A stretch of DNA of 64,000 nucleotides from Styela clava (taxonomy: Eukaryota), in assembly GCF_964204865.1 (NCBI RefSeq), contig NC_135262.1:16926001-16990000 (forward strand), in the 5' to 3' direction. Shown here in pieces: positions 36,892 through 50,257 of the stretch. Numbering within the stretch: the stretch's first letter is position 1; each line of letters begins with the position of its first letter. The notes below the pieces were generated by a model. The model ran no database searches. It saw only the letters and a list, made by a program, of their open reading frames with translations, and was not told where the DNA came from. A program made the translations under genes and the position numbers.

Positions 36892-37330
36892 GGACCTTTC
36901 CCTGAGCATCGACTTCCTTGTTTACTCCGTGACATTGACCAATCAGCAAGATGCAAAAAGTGACGTAACAATGCTCCCTTTTCGCATCCGCTCAGACACT
37001 TTTCTCACTCAGACAGATTTTTTAGTCTAGTCTATCACAGCTATTTCTACACTAATTTTTTAGTACTGCAATGAAATTAAAACTCCCAGGAAGACATAGT
37101 GATCATTGAATTATATGATTTAAATTTCCGAAACACAACTGAAAAGTAACGAATAGAGTTCAAAAACGCGAAAACGAGGTAATGTTTACGACCACGCCTG
37201 AAAATCTGTCTGAGTTTGAAAAGTGTCTGAGCGGATGCGAAAAGGTAGCATTGTTACGTTACTTTTTGCATCTTGCTGATTGGCCAATGTCACGAAGTAA
37301 ACAAGGAAGTCGATTCTCGGGGAAAGGTCC
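36892..37330. mobile_element. Long-TIR MITE (about 135-bp arms, GG..CC ends)
   Basis: GGACCTTTCCC...GGGAAAGGTCC; partial copies at 38846-39150 and about 25050-25168. Confidence 0.8.
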
Positions 37331-37484
37331 ATTGATTTTGGATGAATTATGCCGTATAATTAGCGAGTTATTAATTAATTAGTGGTGGGACACACGGTGT
37401 CACTATGGAGTAAGAGCGCTGTTTCGGGGTATCCCCTAACTTTCGATCGATAAGTCTTCGGTCTCCGACCGATATTCTCGCTTA
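37331..37484 (-). mobile_element. HINE-like element, 5' half, truncated by the adjacent MITE
   Basis: Reverse complement of about 16899-17050. Confidence 0.7.
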
Positions 37485-38363
37485 CTTTTTGATGTCCAAT
37501 TCGATCGAAACTTTTACGAATAGATGCACTGCCCTTCCCCCACTTAAAATTTATCGTTTTAAAAGTTTAATGCTTGTTATAATATGTACATATCTTCAAA
37601 TTTTGTATTCAAACCGTTGTCTCGAAAAGGTAGGCTACTGACAGCTAAGATTAACCAGCACAGCCCACTCTATTACAGCTCAAGCGGCCTCGTCGATTTT
37701 TCTCTCACCCGATATAAATAGGAAAAACCATCTCTATTCTGAGACTTTGCCAATTTTCGTTTGAAAGGTGTAGCTGATGACAACGAAGAAAAAGTTGGTG
37801 GCTATTGGCCTCCTTGTTTTTCAGATGTGTGTCCTCATCAATCAATTAATTAATACAACGATCAATTATTCCCTCATTAATCTCCCCTTATTATTATTAC
37901 TTCGATCGTTCCATTATCCTCACTGGACTTACATTCATTTTATCGGCGTATATGAGTAGGCCTACATTGAAATCTCTTGCACATGTTTTGTTCGTGCCCA
38001 TTACACAAGGCTGCTGACACTCATATTTTTCCTTGTGTAGTGCCGCTGTACAGACAGACATACCTTGATTGCAATGACGTTTGTAATAACTTATTGTATT
38101 TTATTGATAATACTGTCTCGATATTGCTTGAAAAACCAAAGAATATACGATGACAGTGGCTTTTGAAATGCGGGAAACAAGTGAGCTCATGCAGTTGCGT
38201 GATACGCTAATCTTGAGCGTTGTCCTTTAATATTCTTTCGTAACTTCAACACCACATACTCTGGATTGTTATTCGTGACTATATTTTACGTGGCGTGACA
38301 AATAAAAGGATTAAGTGTAAACATACTCCCATGAATTTTCTTCAAAAGTCTGAAATTTTAGTG

Positions 38364-40492
38364 CAGTGATTCCAAAGTGGGCGATATCGCCCCCAGTGGG
38401 CGAAAACGATACAGAGGGTGGCGAAAAAGTCGAAGGGGGCGATTTCACGAAATCTGTTTCATGTTCGGCGCATCGTGCAATTAATTCTGTACTCTGTGTG
38501 CATTCGCAGGCTTGAATCACGTGGGCGATTATCACACGCGAAAGGATTTCTGGACTCGTCTTCGCAGTAATGTACGGTAGTTTGCGTCTCCCATATGCAG
38601 TGGTCGGCAAAATACGACAGGAGTAAAATAATCTGGCCCGGGACGATTCACTGAATGAACCTTTCCCCGACCTTTGACCGCGGAAAATTCTTCTCATACT
38701 TTACCATTTTAAAATTTTCGGTGCTTATTTTAGGAGTGGTTTCACGAGTTGTTGCCTGTAAAATGGGGTATTTGTTTCAAACTATCATTCCAATACACAC
38801 CATTCAACAATCTGTTTTTTAAAAGTACCGATAAACAATTTGAGCCTAGTCTATCACAGCTATTTCTACACTAATTTTTGATTACTGTATTTAAACTGAA
38901 ACTCATAGGAAGACAAAGTAATCATTGACTTATTTGATTTTCATTTAAATTTCCGAAAAACAACTAAAAACTAACGAAAATAATAAAAAAAAAACGCGAA
39001 AATGAGGTAATGTTCACGACCACGACTGAAAATCTGTCTGAGTGAGTGTGTCTGAGCGGATGCGAAAGGGGGCATTTTTACGTTTTTTTGCATCTTGCTG
39101 ATTGGCCAATGTCACGAAGTAAACAAGGAAGTCTATGCCGGGGGAAACATCCAAACGGCGGTTTTGACGATGAAATTTTTTTATTTATAATCTACGCTCG
39201 AGGAATAAACTACATTTTTTACGTGACAGAATTTATCGTGAGACACGTTTGGACTAAATTTTTTTATATCCTAAAAATTCTATTGGACAGCCACTCGTTT
39301 AACGAGCCTACAATTTAATTATATTTAAACAAATGGAAACACGAAGAAAAGTTGATGCTGAGGGCAAGGGTTCAATAGCGCAGTCAATATTCGAATATCT
39401 TGCAATGCAATATGAATATCTAATTCATATTCTATTCGAGAGATTCATCACTGCTTAATTTTTGTAAGAATGTATCTTCTTGAAGAAAATCTTTATCAAA
39501 ATTTCACAAATCATGCGACAATATTCACTTCGATGTTTGGAAGTACATATTTGTGCGAACAATTATTTTCGAAAATGAACAATACGAAGAACAAGCAAAG
39601 AACATCAAGGGATTATTGATGCCCACTTAGAAAATGTTGCAATTTTGACGTCGTAAAGCTATTCAGCGTGATGCAGCAACAATACAATGTCACATTAAAT
39701 ATCATTGTAATATTTTTTTAATAAGACGACTGAGTTGAGTTCACGAATTGTCGCAGTTTTCGATCGCTGTTCCGTTTTTAACTTTCAAAAAATGTATGCG
39801 ACCCGCAAAAGACTAGCAACCCTGAATTTTGTCCCGCGAGTGACGTAAAATTTGCCGACCCCTGGGCCGCAGCCGATAGTGGATAGTCGGTCGCGGCTTC
39901 TTTCACATCCGAGTCCATGAATCCAAAAACAAATGGCTGATTAATTATGGACTGGAGGCCGTGGTAGGATGAGGAATCGGGGAGGAATTTTACCGAAGTA
40001 TTTTGGTGCAGGTCATCAGGCTGTAGGAATGAATGAGATGTACGAAAATCAATATTATAAGTTTGGGAAAATTAACTTGGTTTTCATTATTTTAATGTGA
40101 AGTGAGGTTAATTTAGGAAGTGAAATGCTATAAGGCAAGAGTACACGCAAGAGAGCGGTTTTTGAGGAGGTACAACCCTGGATTCTTTCATTTCCGACCT
40201 ATTATAAGGTGAAAACGGGGTTTTAAGTCGTGCTACTATTGCTATCAAAACAACGAAATCGCCTTTCCACCAGTAAACGAAGTAATTTTTGATATAATAA
40301 AAAACTCGCTGAAGAACACCAAGCTCATCTATCTCATTAAAAAAAACACTATAAACTATGATTTGTCTTCTTATATGGTCTGCAATATATATATTCGTTT
40401 CTGACTCACCATTTTTTTGTATTGCTGGGGGGCGATGAAGTCGTATAAACTCGTGTAGGGGGGCGATGGTCAAAAAAGTTTGGAAACCACTG
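38364..40492. mobile_element. Non-autonomous hAT element (about 2.1 kb) with nested insertions
   Basis: CAGTGATTCCAAA / TTTGGAAACCACTG termini, TTTAGTG flanks on both sides, GGGCGA subterminal repeats. Confidence 0.72.
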
Positions 40493-40559
40493 TTTAGTGC
40501 ATCTGTTCAGTGAATTTTTACCACTAAAAATGCATTAGAAATTTTATAAACAAATTGGA

Positions 40560-41160
40560 AATTTGACATAACCTACCCATTCAACTTCGAAGATTTTTTC
40601 TGCGACACCATTATAGTTGGATACTACGGGTTACATATTCTAATGCCTTTTATATTGAACCTTGTAATGCCACTATGATTTCGCACTGTCTCGAGATATA
40701 GCCAGGTTCAAAATTGAACAAAAGAGAATATTTACTGATCACCGAGGCAATAGCAAACCCGGCAGAAATAGGGCTCATGGATAGAGTCAAACTTTGCTAG
40801 ATATTTTCAAAATCTTGCAATCTTGTGACTTCATTTTTAAAAAATTATGATGATCAAATTTAAGGACGATTGAATTGTATCGTATCCGTATATTCTGTTT
40901 TCACGCCGGAAGTTAACCCCAGAACCCTTTATTTTCATAACATGGAATGTAATCTTGAAACAAGTTACTTCTCGTTATACATATTCAAAATAAATCCGCA
41001 AGATGAAATGTATTTCATACACATTGTAATTGAAACAAATAATTGGCAAGAAGAAGTGGAAAAAGTGTTACACGACATTTTTGCTAATTGAAGCTTCGAA
41101 TGAACTGCTACCGTGCACATAATCAGAACTTCATTCTTATATTTGGCGATTGACAACCGG
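40560..41160 (-). pseudogene. Highly degenerate LINE (RTE/CR1-like) reverse-transcriptase C-terminal fragment
   Basis: Minus-strand remnants MKYISSCGFI, YGYDT and RLQDFENI occur in the order of LINE FKYLG / YGCETW / KLQAFENK motifs, with many stops. Confidence 0.35.
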
Positions 41161-42427
41161 TGCGGTGGATGACTAAGCGATTGCTATTAATTTAGTTAGT
41201 GTATGTCACCTGCTAACTGGTTTTAACGTTTGTCGTTACATAACTTAAGCAGTGACATAATAATAAAAGTATGTAAATGAATAATAAGTCGCAATAGCTC
41301 ATCTATTTGATGGATCAATAATTTTATGAGTGTCAAAAACTACAAAGTAGCGACTTAACATTTATAAATCACCATGGCAACCAATATGACACGTTCCGCG
41401 ATATATAGCACATCATCAGAAACATAGATGTCTCGTTTATCACAACGATTGATTGGCATAATTGCTATTTACACTTTTTTCTCACTATTTGGAAGGATGG
41501 GCCTGAAAAGTTGTGAACTATTGTAGTTGACTATAAGACGCAACTATGATGTGCGGGGCATGAGATGGTACTTTTAATGAGCTATCAAAACGTGAAAACT
41601 AAAAATAGTTTTGAAGCACTCCGAAATGTGACACCTGTCAATTTATTACATTACCACAGATATGAATATGTCACCGTAAAAGATAAATGTTTTTATGGCG
41701 CCAGGCGTACTTTGACCGCCTTGACCTATAACCTGGAGCGGAACGCAAGTACTCGCATATTACAGGAATTAATTACACATTAATATTGTGAAAGGAGGGC
41801 GTAAAATCTGGACGTGACTTTTGGTTAGGCAACTGCAAACGATCCGATCAAAATCAGTGCATTGATCAAAACCTCATGAATATATATTTATTGGAACAGT
41901 TTGCTCATGACGTTGTCACGCGCACTTACGCGGCAGATATTGTCGATTGAATGGCGACTTCACGTAAATACGATCAGAAAAACTGCTCTGCGGCACTGAG
42001 GCACTTGGAAATACTCAATATATGGGATATCAGTGATTTTTGCAAACGAAGAATGCACTCGGGGGCATATGATAATTGAATCAGAATAATACATCGTCAA
42101 TCACCAAACTTCTGTTTAATTCAAAGTTTCAAACGTTTAATTCAAATGTCGATGTAACAATTTTAGAATGTTGTAATATTTTCAAAGAATAAGTCGTAAA
42201 CGAATAAGAAACAAAAAATGCACATTTAACAAATTTATGCATGAGATTTTCGACAAACGCAAAAAATGAAATGAGACTGAGAGCATGTAATATATCAAGC
42301 ATGGGCCATAGATAAACTGCAAGATCTATCTATGGCCCATACTTGATTCAAATTGACATAATCCAAAGTTTTTAAGTTCCATCGCATTGTTGACATAAAA
42401 TTCTGTTGATATTTGTGATCGATATAG

Positions 42428-42886
42428 TCAGGCGCTGAATGAGGGGCAGATCAGGGTCGGTATCTTGCAGTGCTGCTTGACATAGTCGTCCACAGACCCT
42501 AAAATGATTCTTCCGATAATTCCTAAACCCCTAGACCCCATAATGATTAAATTCACGTCGGATTTATTTGCCATGGATACAATTGTCTCGCCAACGCCGT
42601 TTTTATCATCGTGAATTACAAATTTGTGGCTTATTCCGAACTCCAAGCACATTGTTTCGTACTTCTTCTTTAATTCATCGTGTTTGGTCTTCCGATCTGA
42701 CAAATACTTCTCAGCTTTGCCAGGAATATATCCAACACCTCCCGCATGAACGTAAGCCGGGAGTCTGATTGGATCAGCTACGTGTAGTAAAACGACTTCA
42801 TCTCCGGCTCTATGCAGTAGTCTCGTGTAATAGTTCACAACGAAATCGTCATTTACCCCGTTTTTTATGCATAAAAGTACTCTCAT
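42428..42886 (-). CDS. Universal stress protein (UspA-like); intronless, 152 aa
   Basis: GDEVVLLHV, GETIVSMA, LIIMGSRGLGIIGRIILGSV (G-2x-G-9x-GS) and HCKIPTLIC. Confidence 0.92.
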   Translation of the reverse strand: MRVLLCIKNGVNDDFVVNYYTRLLHRAGDEVVLLHVADPIRLPAYVHAGGVGYIPGKAEKYLSDRKTKHDELKKKYETMCLEFGISHKFVIHDDKNGVGETIVSMANKSDVNLIIMGSRGLGIIGRIILGSVDDYVKQHCKIPTLICPSFSA

Positions 42887-44449
42887 TTTACTCTTTTGTC
42901 AATTTTTATAACGAACTGCACACCTAAGTTCTTCAGCTGACTACAGTTGATACTGACTATCGCTACAACCGACAGGCCTATTTCAATCTTTCGCGAGGGT
43001 ATGCGATTCGTGATTGTGAAACGAGACGGTCCGTGATTGATATACGCAGCCGGCTCTAACCGGAGCAAAACTGGTGGGAACCAGCAATTGATTTCGAAAA
43101 ATGATGTTTTGACGAGGCCAATAACATGATTGCTCATCACGCATATCATGAAAATAGGCCAGTTTGATACTATAGGAAACTCAAGTAGACACAGAGTTAC
43201 TACAGGTCATAATAGTTTGAAACGACATTTATATGACAAAGACAGTAATATATGATCTATTTCAGTGGTCACTGCTTTTTTTTCGAGGGCCACATATTTT
43301 TGACAATAAATTTTGTAAAATCTCGCGACCCAAGGACATGATCAAATACTAAACGGCATGTAGTACATGGCCGCAAACCTAATGACTAATATAAAATAAT
43401 CATTTTTACATAACGTTTATTCCCGTAAAAAATTACTCAAAGTGAAAAGGCAGTGCTTGTTTGCTATCAGCGAGATTCCGAAATGGCGGCGTGGCGTTAC
43501 TTAGCTGCCCACATATTCAATTACTATTGAGCAACACTTCAATACAAAATACAAAATAAACAATAAAATTTACTACAAAATAATGTCAGTAACTATTAGG
43601 TTTTTGTAGAAAAAACAAGCGACCTAAAAATTTGCAGGCGACCCAGTTTGGGGTCGCAACCCATAGGTCAGGAAACACTTATTCATTTCAATTTTTCATG
43701 CAATACCATTCTTTTGGCCTTGTGTGGTCGTGACATTGGGGTTTAATATATATATATATGCCTATGAGTATTACTTGAGTTTCACAGTACTAAGGTTCGC
43801 TGGTAATTTGTGTATTTCTGAAACGAACCAACAATGACATTGCGATTTTTGCGTCAGAAAGTGACGACTGTATTGATTATTTATCGCAGGGAAAAGGGGG
43901 ATGCAACGGCATTGCTGTCTGTTCCGTTTTGTTTTTGTTGCTACTGTTGAATGTATGTTGATTGTAAAAAGTAGCCAATCGAGGATACATAATTTTATAA
44001 CGTTCCACATTAGTTAGTTTAGTGTAGAAAACCATATTTTATTTACTTCTATTTATTTATTCAATTAGTGTATGTACTGAACTTTAGTGACATGACATTT
44101 TGTATTCTTAGGCATGTATATCCTTATTACAAGTGGGTGTGGGGTGGGCGCGTTTCGAAATAGGTAAATGATGAAACCTCTTTGCAAGCAAAATTCAGTC
44201 TGTTCTGACACCTCCAAGACGATTTGTCGCAGTTCATTAGCTTCTCCAATACAAATTTCTCAGCGGAAAATACCGGATACAACTGGTTGAAACAGAGATT
44301 GCAATATTACTCCATATCACAAATCGCTATTCAGCTCGAAGTGACACATACGACTCGCAGATAAGGCATTTTATTAGATCAATGCTCTTTGGATATATGA
44401 TTATGACGTCACGCGAAGACATCCTCGAAATGATTGATGCATCTAAGAT

Positions 44450-44651
44450 GGTGACCGTACATTTGAACCCACGTATATTTGAACCCATGTGTATATCCGC
44501 GGGCCAATCTATATGCGGGTGCTAAAACCCATGGTTTAGGGTTAGTATGGGTTCAAATATCAATAAAAAAAAAAAAATTCCATAGGTGCAATAGTATGCA
44601 GGTGCAATTGTCGTGGGTTCAAATGTACGTGGGTTCAAATGTAATGGAACC
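44450..44651. mobile_element. MITE with 9-bp TSD (same family as 19065-19234)
   Basis: GGTGACCGTACATTT...GTAATGGAACC with perfect TSD ATCTAAGAT. Confidence 0.82.
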
Positions 44652-45027
44652 ATCTAAGATACTTCTTCGAATACTTTTTATGACAATTAGGCATTAGTTA
44701 TTAAAACGACATGTCACAATCGAAAGTCAGTCGTAGCATGGATCTTACGCATATTCACGTCTGATACTATATAACAAGTTTATGAACTTCATCGCAATCT
44801 ATTACGTATCTCCTAAATTTTTCTTTCGTGTCGAATATTCATGTAAAGCGCGTTAATTCAAAGTCAAATGCACCCGCTGATCACAGTAACGTTTTTCGTG
44901 CTGTCGGGGCGTGACAGGCAATCTGACAAAAATAGATTAATTACACATTTCTAGTAATTGAAGTAAATATATAATATAAATACATTCGTTCAATTACAAG
45001 CATCATTTGATACATTGTAGCGGAGTA

Positions 45028-48003
45028 GGGGAGAGGCAGGTTAGTTGATGCTGTAGTTTAGATGATACAGCGCTTCTCACGGCCGTGCAATGCACTTCAA
45101 GAAACTGATGCGCCACCTGGTGTTTGGCTAGAATATGTTCTTCCTTTCTGTTAGTCGTCTGACGATGTTGGTTGCAGCACGTTTAAAATTTTCGAAAAAA
45201 ATCAATTTTTAAGATCTGGAGTGAAAACGTCAAATCAAGGTAAGTTGATTATTTTTTCAGGCATTATAAATGAGCGATGCAAGCGAGTATTTCCTTGCAG
45301 TAGTGTATGATATCGCTTACATAACAGCCTACATGTTTCTGGATACTGATTTGAATTCTTCCCACTACGGCCCTTTTTTTCAAAATGGCCACAGGTTGAC
45401 TAGTTGATACAATAGTGGTTCCATTAGTTGATACGTGTATCGACTTACCCTGCTATTTATTCCATGTATTTTTTTAGCATATTTTTCAGCAAATATATTT
45501 TCAGACTTTCTTTTAACCGGGTTTTATGGTTTGCGGCATTGTCAATATTTTTACGCTGCCAATATTGTTTTCAACGTATTTTAGGTGATGCCTCAGTTCT
45601 ATAGAAGAAAAACAAACAGAGCCATAGGAACTCCCCCGGATGTGATGTCGAGGGCGGCTGACGATGTTGTTCGCGGGCGATCATTGGGGAGTGTAGCTGA
45701 AGCATTTGGCATCGATAAAATGACTTTGTCTCGTTTTATAGTCAAGCGCAAAAATAATCCTAACGCAATTACAGGTTACGCTGCTGTTGCACATTATATT
45801 ATTCCTCAGCAAATGGAAGAAGATCTGGGAAATCATGTCAAACGATTGGCCGACATGTTTTTTGGACTCTCTCTTGAACAGTGTTGTAAACTAGCTTATG
45901 AATTTGCATTTCAAAACCAGTTGTATATGCCAGTGTCTTGGAAAATCAACAAAAAAGCGGGAAAAACTTGGTGGCTAGAGTTCAAAAAACGACAAAATCT
46001 TTCCATACGGACTCCAGAGGCAACTTCACTCGGAAGGGCGACTGCATTTAATCGTCACACGGTTGGTGAATTTTTCGACAACTTAGCACAGGTCATGGAT
46101 GTGGACGATTTTCACCCTGAAGATATTTACAATCTCGATGAAACCGGGTGCACCACTGTTCAAACCCCATCTGATATTGTTACAGCCAAGGGTAAAAACA
46201 AGTGGGTGCAGCTACGTCTGCTGAGCGTGGTGAACTGGTTACGGTAGTCTACACATGGTGCCTCTGGTAATGTGCTTCCACCTATGTTTATATTTCCGCG
46301 CGTAAACTTTCACAACCACTTTATCATTGAAGGGCCACCGGGCTGCATTGGACAAGCAACAAAGTCTGGCTGGATTAATGAAGAACTTTTTCTTGTTTAT
46401 CTAGAACATCTGGTGCGCCAGACTCGTTGTACTCCCGAAAGAAAAATTCTTTTGATTTTGGATAACCACGAGTCTCATATTTCTTTACGTGCTGTTGAGA
46501 TGGCAAGATCCAATGGAGTAGTTATGCTTACTTTACCACCTCACACATCTCATCGATTGCAACCGCTTGATAAAACGGTGTATGGTCCTTTCAAAGCCAG
46601 TTATAACAGAGCGATGGAGAGTTGGCTACGTAGTCATGCTGGAAAAACTGTTACAATATATGATGTTCCTGGCATTGTAAAAGAGGCTCAAATGTCAGCA
46701 ATGACATCGAGGAATATTCTATCTGGATTTCAAAGCACTGGTATATACCCTTCCAATCGCGATATTTTTACTGATACAGATTTTGCAGCTGCAACTTTGA
46801 CGGACCGAGAAGTCGTTGATCGTGATGAACCAGGACGGTCCTCAAAATGCACGGTTCCACTGACCCCAGGCTGTAGTAATGAAAATCTTTGCACTCATAA
46901 ACCGAGGGTTAATGAATCAGCATTTCAGTTACAGAAAACGGGCAACCCAGATCCCCAGATCTTGCTCATCGTACGTATCGCCAAGCGAGATTCAAAAAAT
47001 CCCAAAAGCTCCACAAAGAAAGACCAAGCGCTCCCGAAAAAAGGAAAGACAAAGATTTTAACTTCCACGCCTGTATTAAAAGAGATTTCCCTAGAGAATG
47101 AAAAAAGAAAGAAAAACAAGAAATGCAGTTCGTGAAAAAAACTTTTCGCTACAAAAAATAGGAAAGTTCGCCCCCACAATACTAGCAATAGTTCAGAAAA
47201 GGAGTGTGCTGTTGTTAGATATGATGACACGACTGATGAAGATGAATTATCTGCAGAAGAAATCATGGGAGGTGATTACGTGGTTGTCAAAGTAGACGGG
47301 AGATCTAGAAATGTACATTACATCGCTCGTATAGATTTGCTAGAAGATAATGAGTATGAGGGAGTTTTTCTAAAGAAAGTTTCTAGTCGAGTTTCTGTCG
47401 AAGCAGAGCACACTGGTTTTGTATTTGTTCCAAATGAAGATGATGGGGCTTCATTCTCGCATGAGGGCATAATATGCAGACTACCTCAGCCAACAATTCC
47501 TGCAGGATCAGCTCGGAGATGTGTTCGACTTAAATTTGATTGCGATTTGAGTAAATGGAATGTAAATTAGAGGTTGTCTACCACCATCCAGCAAACCATT
47601 TCGTTAAACGAGTTATTTGTATTTTTTTATTTATTTTTGCCGCCGTTCCTGGTGAAACTTTCTCTCTCGTTCTTTTGAAACAAGTTATAAGTGATATTTG
47701 TGCCTCGTTCCATTTCATTTTTAAAGTAATTGCCTGCTTTTAAAAACTTTATGCAGAGTGTATCAACAAAACTACCACTGCGCATCAAGTATCCTTACCA
47801 GGCAGGATATTTGATACGTTTGACAAGAAAACTTTAGCGACTGTAAGCGCTAAGTTAGGAAATGACTGAGAGCCCCATTTTGTGGTCATGTGTGAGGAAC
47901 CTATAAATGAATAAATAGGACAAACCAGAACGGCGATTATTCGAACGGTATTTTTTATGGATCAGTAAAACTAAATTATGTATCAACTTACCTGCCTCTC
48001 CCC
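45028..48003 (+). mobile_element. Full-length pogo-superfamily DNA transposon (DD35D), about 2.98 kb
   Basis: TIRs GGGGAGAGGCAGGTTAGTTGAT / ATCAACTTACCTGCCTCTCCCC (one mismatch) and TA TSD. Confidence 0.92.
45588..47570 (+). pseudogene. Frameshifted pogo transposase (HTH + CENP-B-type HTH + DDE_1 + C-terminal beta domain)
   Basis: Catalytic motifs YNLDETG, LILDNHESH and LQPLD (35 residues between D2 and D3); homology switches frame at about 46197, 46255, 46935, 47040 and 47135. Confidence 0.88.
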
Positions 48004-48249
48004 TATAGTTTTCTCCAGTGTCAGTATGAGGACTTGAAGACTAAAAAACACATGCGAAGTTATCTAATATAACAAACTTTCTCGTTTGGGAAAATATAAC
48101 ATTAGAAATAGAAAAATTCAAATTTCTGAATGTTGTATTTTATTTTTTAAGCAAAACTATCACTGACTTTATACATATCTTCATGAAATATATGTTTACT
48201 TTTACATATGGCAATGTAGCTCAAAGCAATGCCAAATTTGAGATAATTG

Positions 48250-48435
48250 TTACTTATCGATCTTGATCGGTCTGTTTGTTTGTCTGTCTGTTGGACACTT
48301 TCGTGTGTTACGCGATATCTCACGAAAGCGAGGTTGAATCTGCCCCAAATGTTTCATGTGCATTCATCATATCTCGGACCAGAAGCCTATTGATTTTGGA
48401 TGAATTATGTAGTATAATTAGCGAGTTATCAATTA
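48250..48435 (-). mobile_element. HINE-like element, 3' part
   Basis: Reverse complement of the family 3' half (TTACTTATCGATC, TGTCTGTCTG). Confidence 0.7.
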
Positions 48436-48857
48436 GGTCCCCGATCGCTATCTCGTTTTTATATTGCACTTTGTCCTGTTGTTTGTTTTCTCGGAATACT
48501 CGGTAACATTGATTGACAAGCTCGTAAAATAACTCGACACTGAATGTCTTTTAAATAACTCATAAGTGTTAGATAAATCATTTAGAAAAATACCGCTTCA
48601 GCATGATCACGTATTGTCGATTATAACTTGATGATCTGTCAATCTTTTGAGTACTCGAAATTTGTCAATTAGGCAGACCGTGAATAGGCAGTTTTGTGGA
48701 TAGTGGCGTATATCGGGGTGTGGCAGCCACAGCTCGTGCCATGGGCGCTCTTTGGACAAGGACACGAAAGAGGCGAAAATTTTAATTGTAAAATGTTTCA
48801 ATAAAATTATTTCAACTCAAAAGTGCAAAGTGATTGCACAAAGAACAATAATGTAAT

Positions 48858-49160
48858 AACAAGAATATCGGTCAGAGACCGAAGACTTATCGATCGAAAG
48901 TTAGGGGATCCCCAAAACAGCGCTCTTACTTCATAGTGCCACCTTGTGTCCCATCACTAATTAATTAATAACTCGCTAATAATACGACATAATCAATCAA
49001 TGCCCAAAATCAATATGCTTCTGGCCCGACATGTGATGAATGCACATGCAAAATCTGGAGCAGATTCAATCTTGCTTCCGTGAGATATCGCGTGCATCTA
49101 ACAGACAGACAGACAGACAAATACCTATCAACATACTTACCGATTAAAATCGATAAGTAA
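48858..49160 (+). mobile_element. HINE-like element, full length
   Basis: ACTTATCGATC sub-TIR, (ACAG)n and terminal hairpin ending GATAAGTAA. Confidence 0.75.
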
Positions 49161-50257
49161 TAATGACGGGATATAAACAAAGGATCACAAAGTGTAGCAC
49201 ACTGCAACATGAATAACTGAACTTAATTCTCATAACAATTATCAATTTGAGCATGAATCTGGAGCAGTTGGCGAATTTAAACAAGTGAAGAAAATGGCTA
49301 ATCCGAGAAAGACATTGAAAAAGTTTCGAACATGAACGAAGAACTTGAATCCGATGTACTCGACTTCATTTTAAAACGCGGTGTTGGACATATGAACTTT
49401 GATAAAAAATACTGGATAACATATTTTTTCAAATAAAATGAGAGCAAAAATGACCAAGCTTGGTTCAAAATATTTTCAGAACAGTCCTAGACCTTTTTTT
49501 TATCTAAAAATAATCGTGTAATTAGCGGTTATTGTGGCCTGCAGGTATTCTTACATTCATAGTCGAATATGAAGATGAAAATATATTTCCCATTCTCCGG
49601 ATGACTTTGCAAATTCTGCCATTCAAATTTTTTGTTGCTTGTTTATTGTCTATATAAAATGGCTTGTTACGTTATTATATTTCGTAATTAAGGAAATACA
49701 ATTTAATTTGAACAGGAAAAAGAAACTATCAAAGTAGGGGCGCATTTTTTTAACTTTGCCATGAGCGTCATTTATGCCGATACGCCGCTGTTTTATGCGA
49801 TTCCGTTTCATTATTCACCGATTGTCATATTTGATCATTAGTTGTCTAGGATATTTATTCGATCATCATTTTACCTTCAGTCTAAATTGAATATAAGATA
49901 TCTTTGGCGTTCTCTTGCTGTATTATGGTTTATGGGCTAATGATTTGACAACACACAATATTTTGCTGTGTGGGATAAACTATGAATCGATATCGAGAAT
50001 GTCTTATCACTAGCCCTGATTTATTTACCGGAATTGCCATCAGATGAAGTCATTTTCCTCAATGTAGGCTAAATCCGTTCACTTAATCATATCCTAATCC
50101 GGTACGAATAATGAATGAACCAAGAGTGCTATCTCGCTGTTAATCACGCATGTGTGGGCCCATATACAGGTGTATAAGAGGAAGCTAAAAAAAAACATTC
50201 TGGAACTTTTGTGTAAATGCAGTTCGTATATTTTAAACCTTAAAATCAGCAGGAACA

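Noticed and set aside
42428-42886. USP as bacterial contamination or recent horizontal transfer
   Set aside because: It is embedded among host TEs and resembles the animal/plant UspA type; USPs are native to several invertebrate phyla.
44330-44395. 18S rRNA-like words (GCATTTTATTAGATCAA)
   Set aside because: The match is too short and the flanks do not follow the rRNA sequence.
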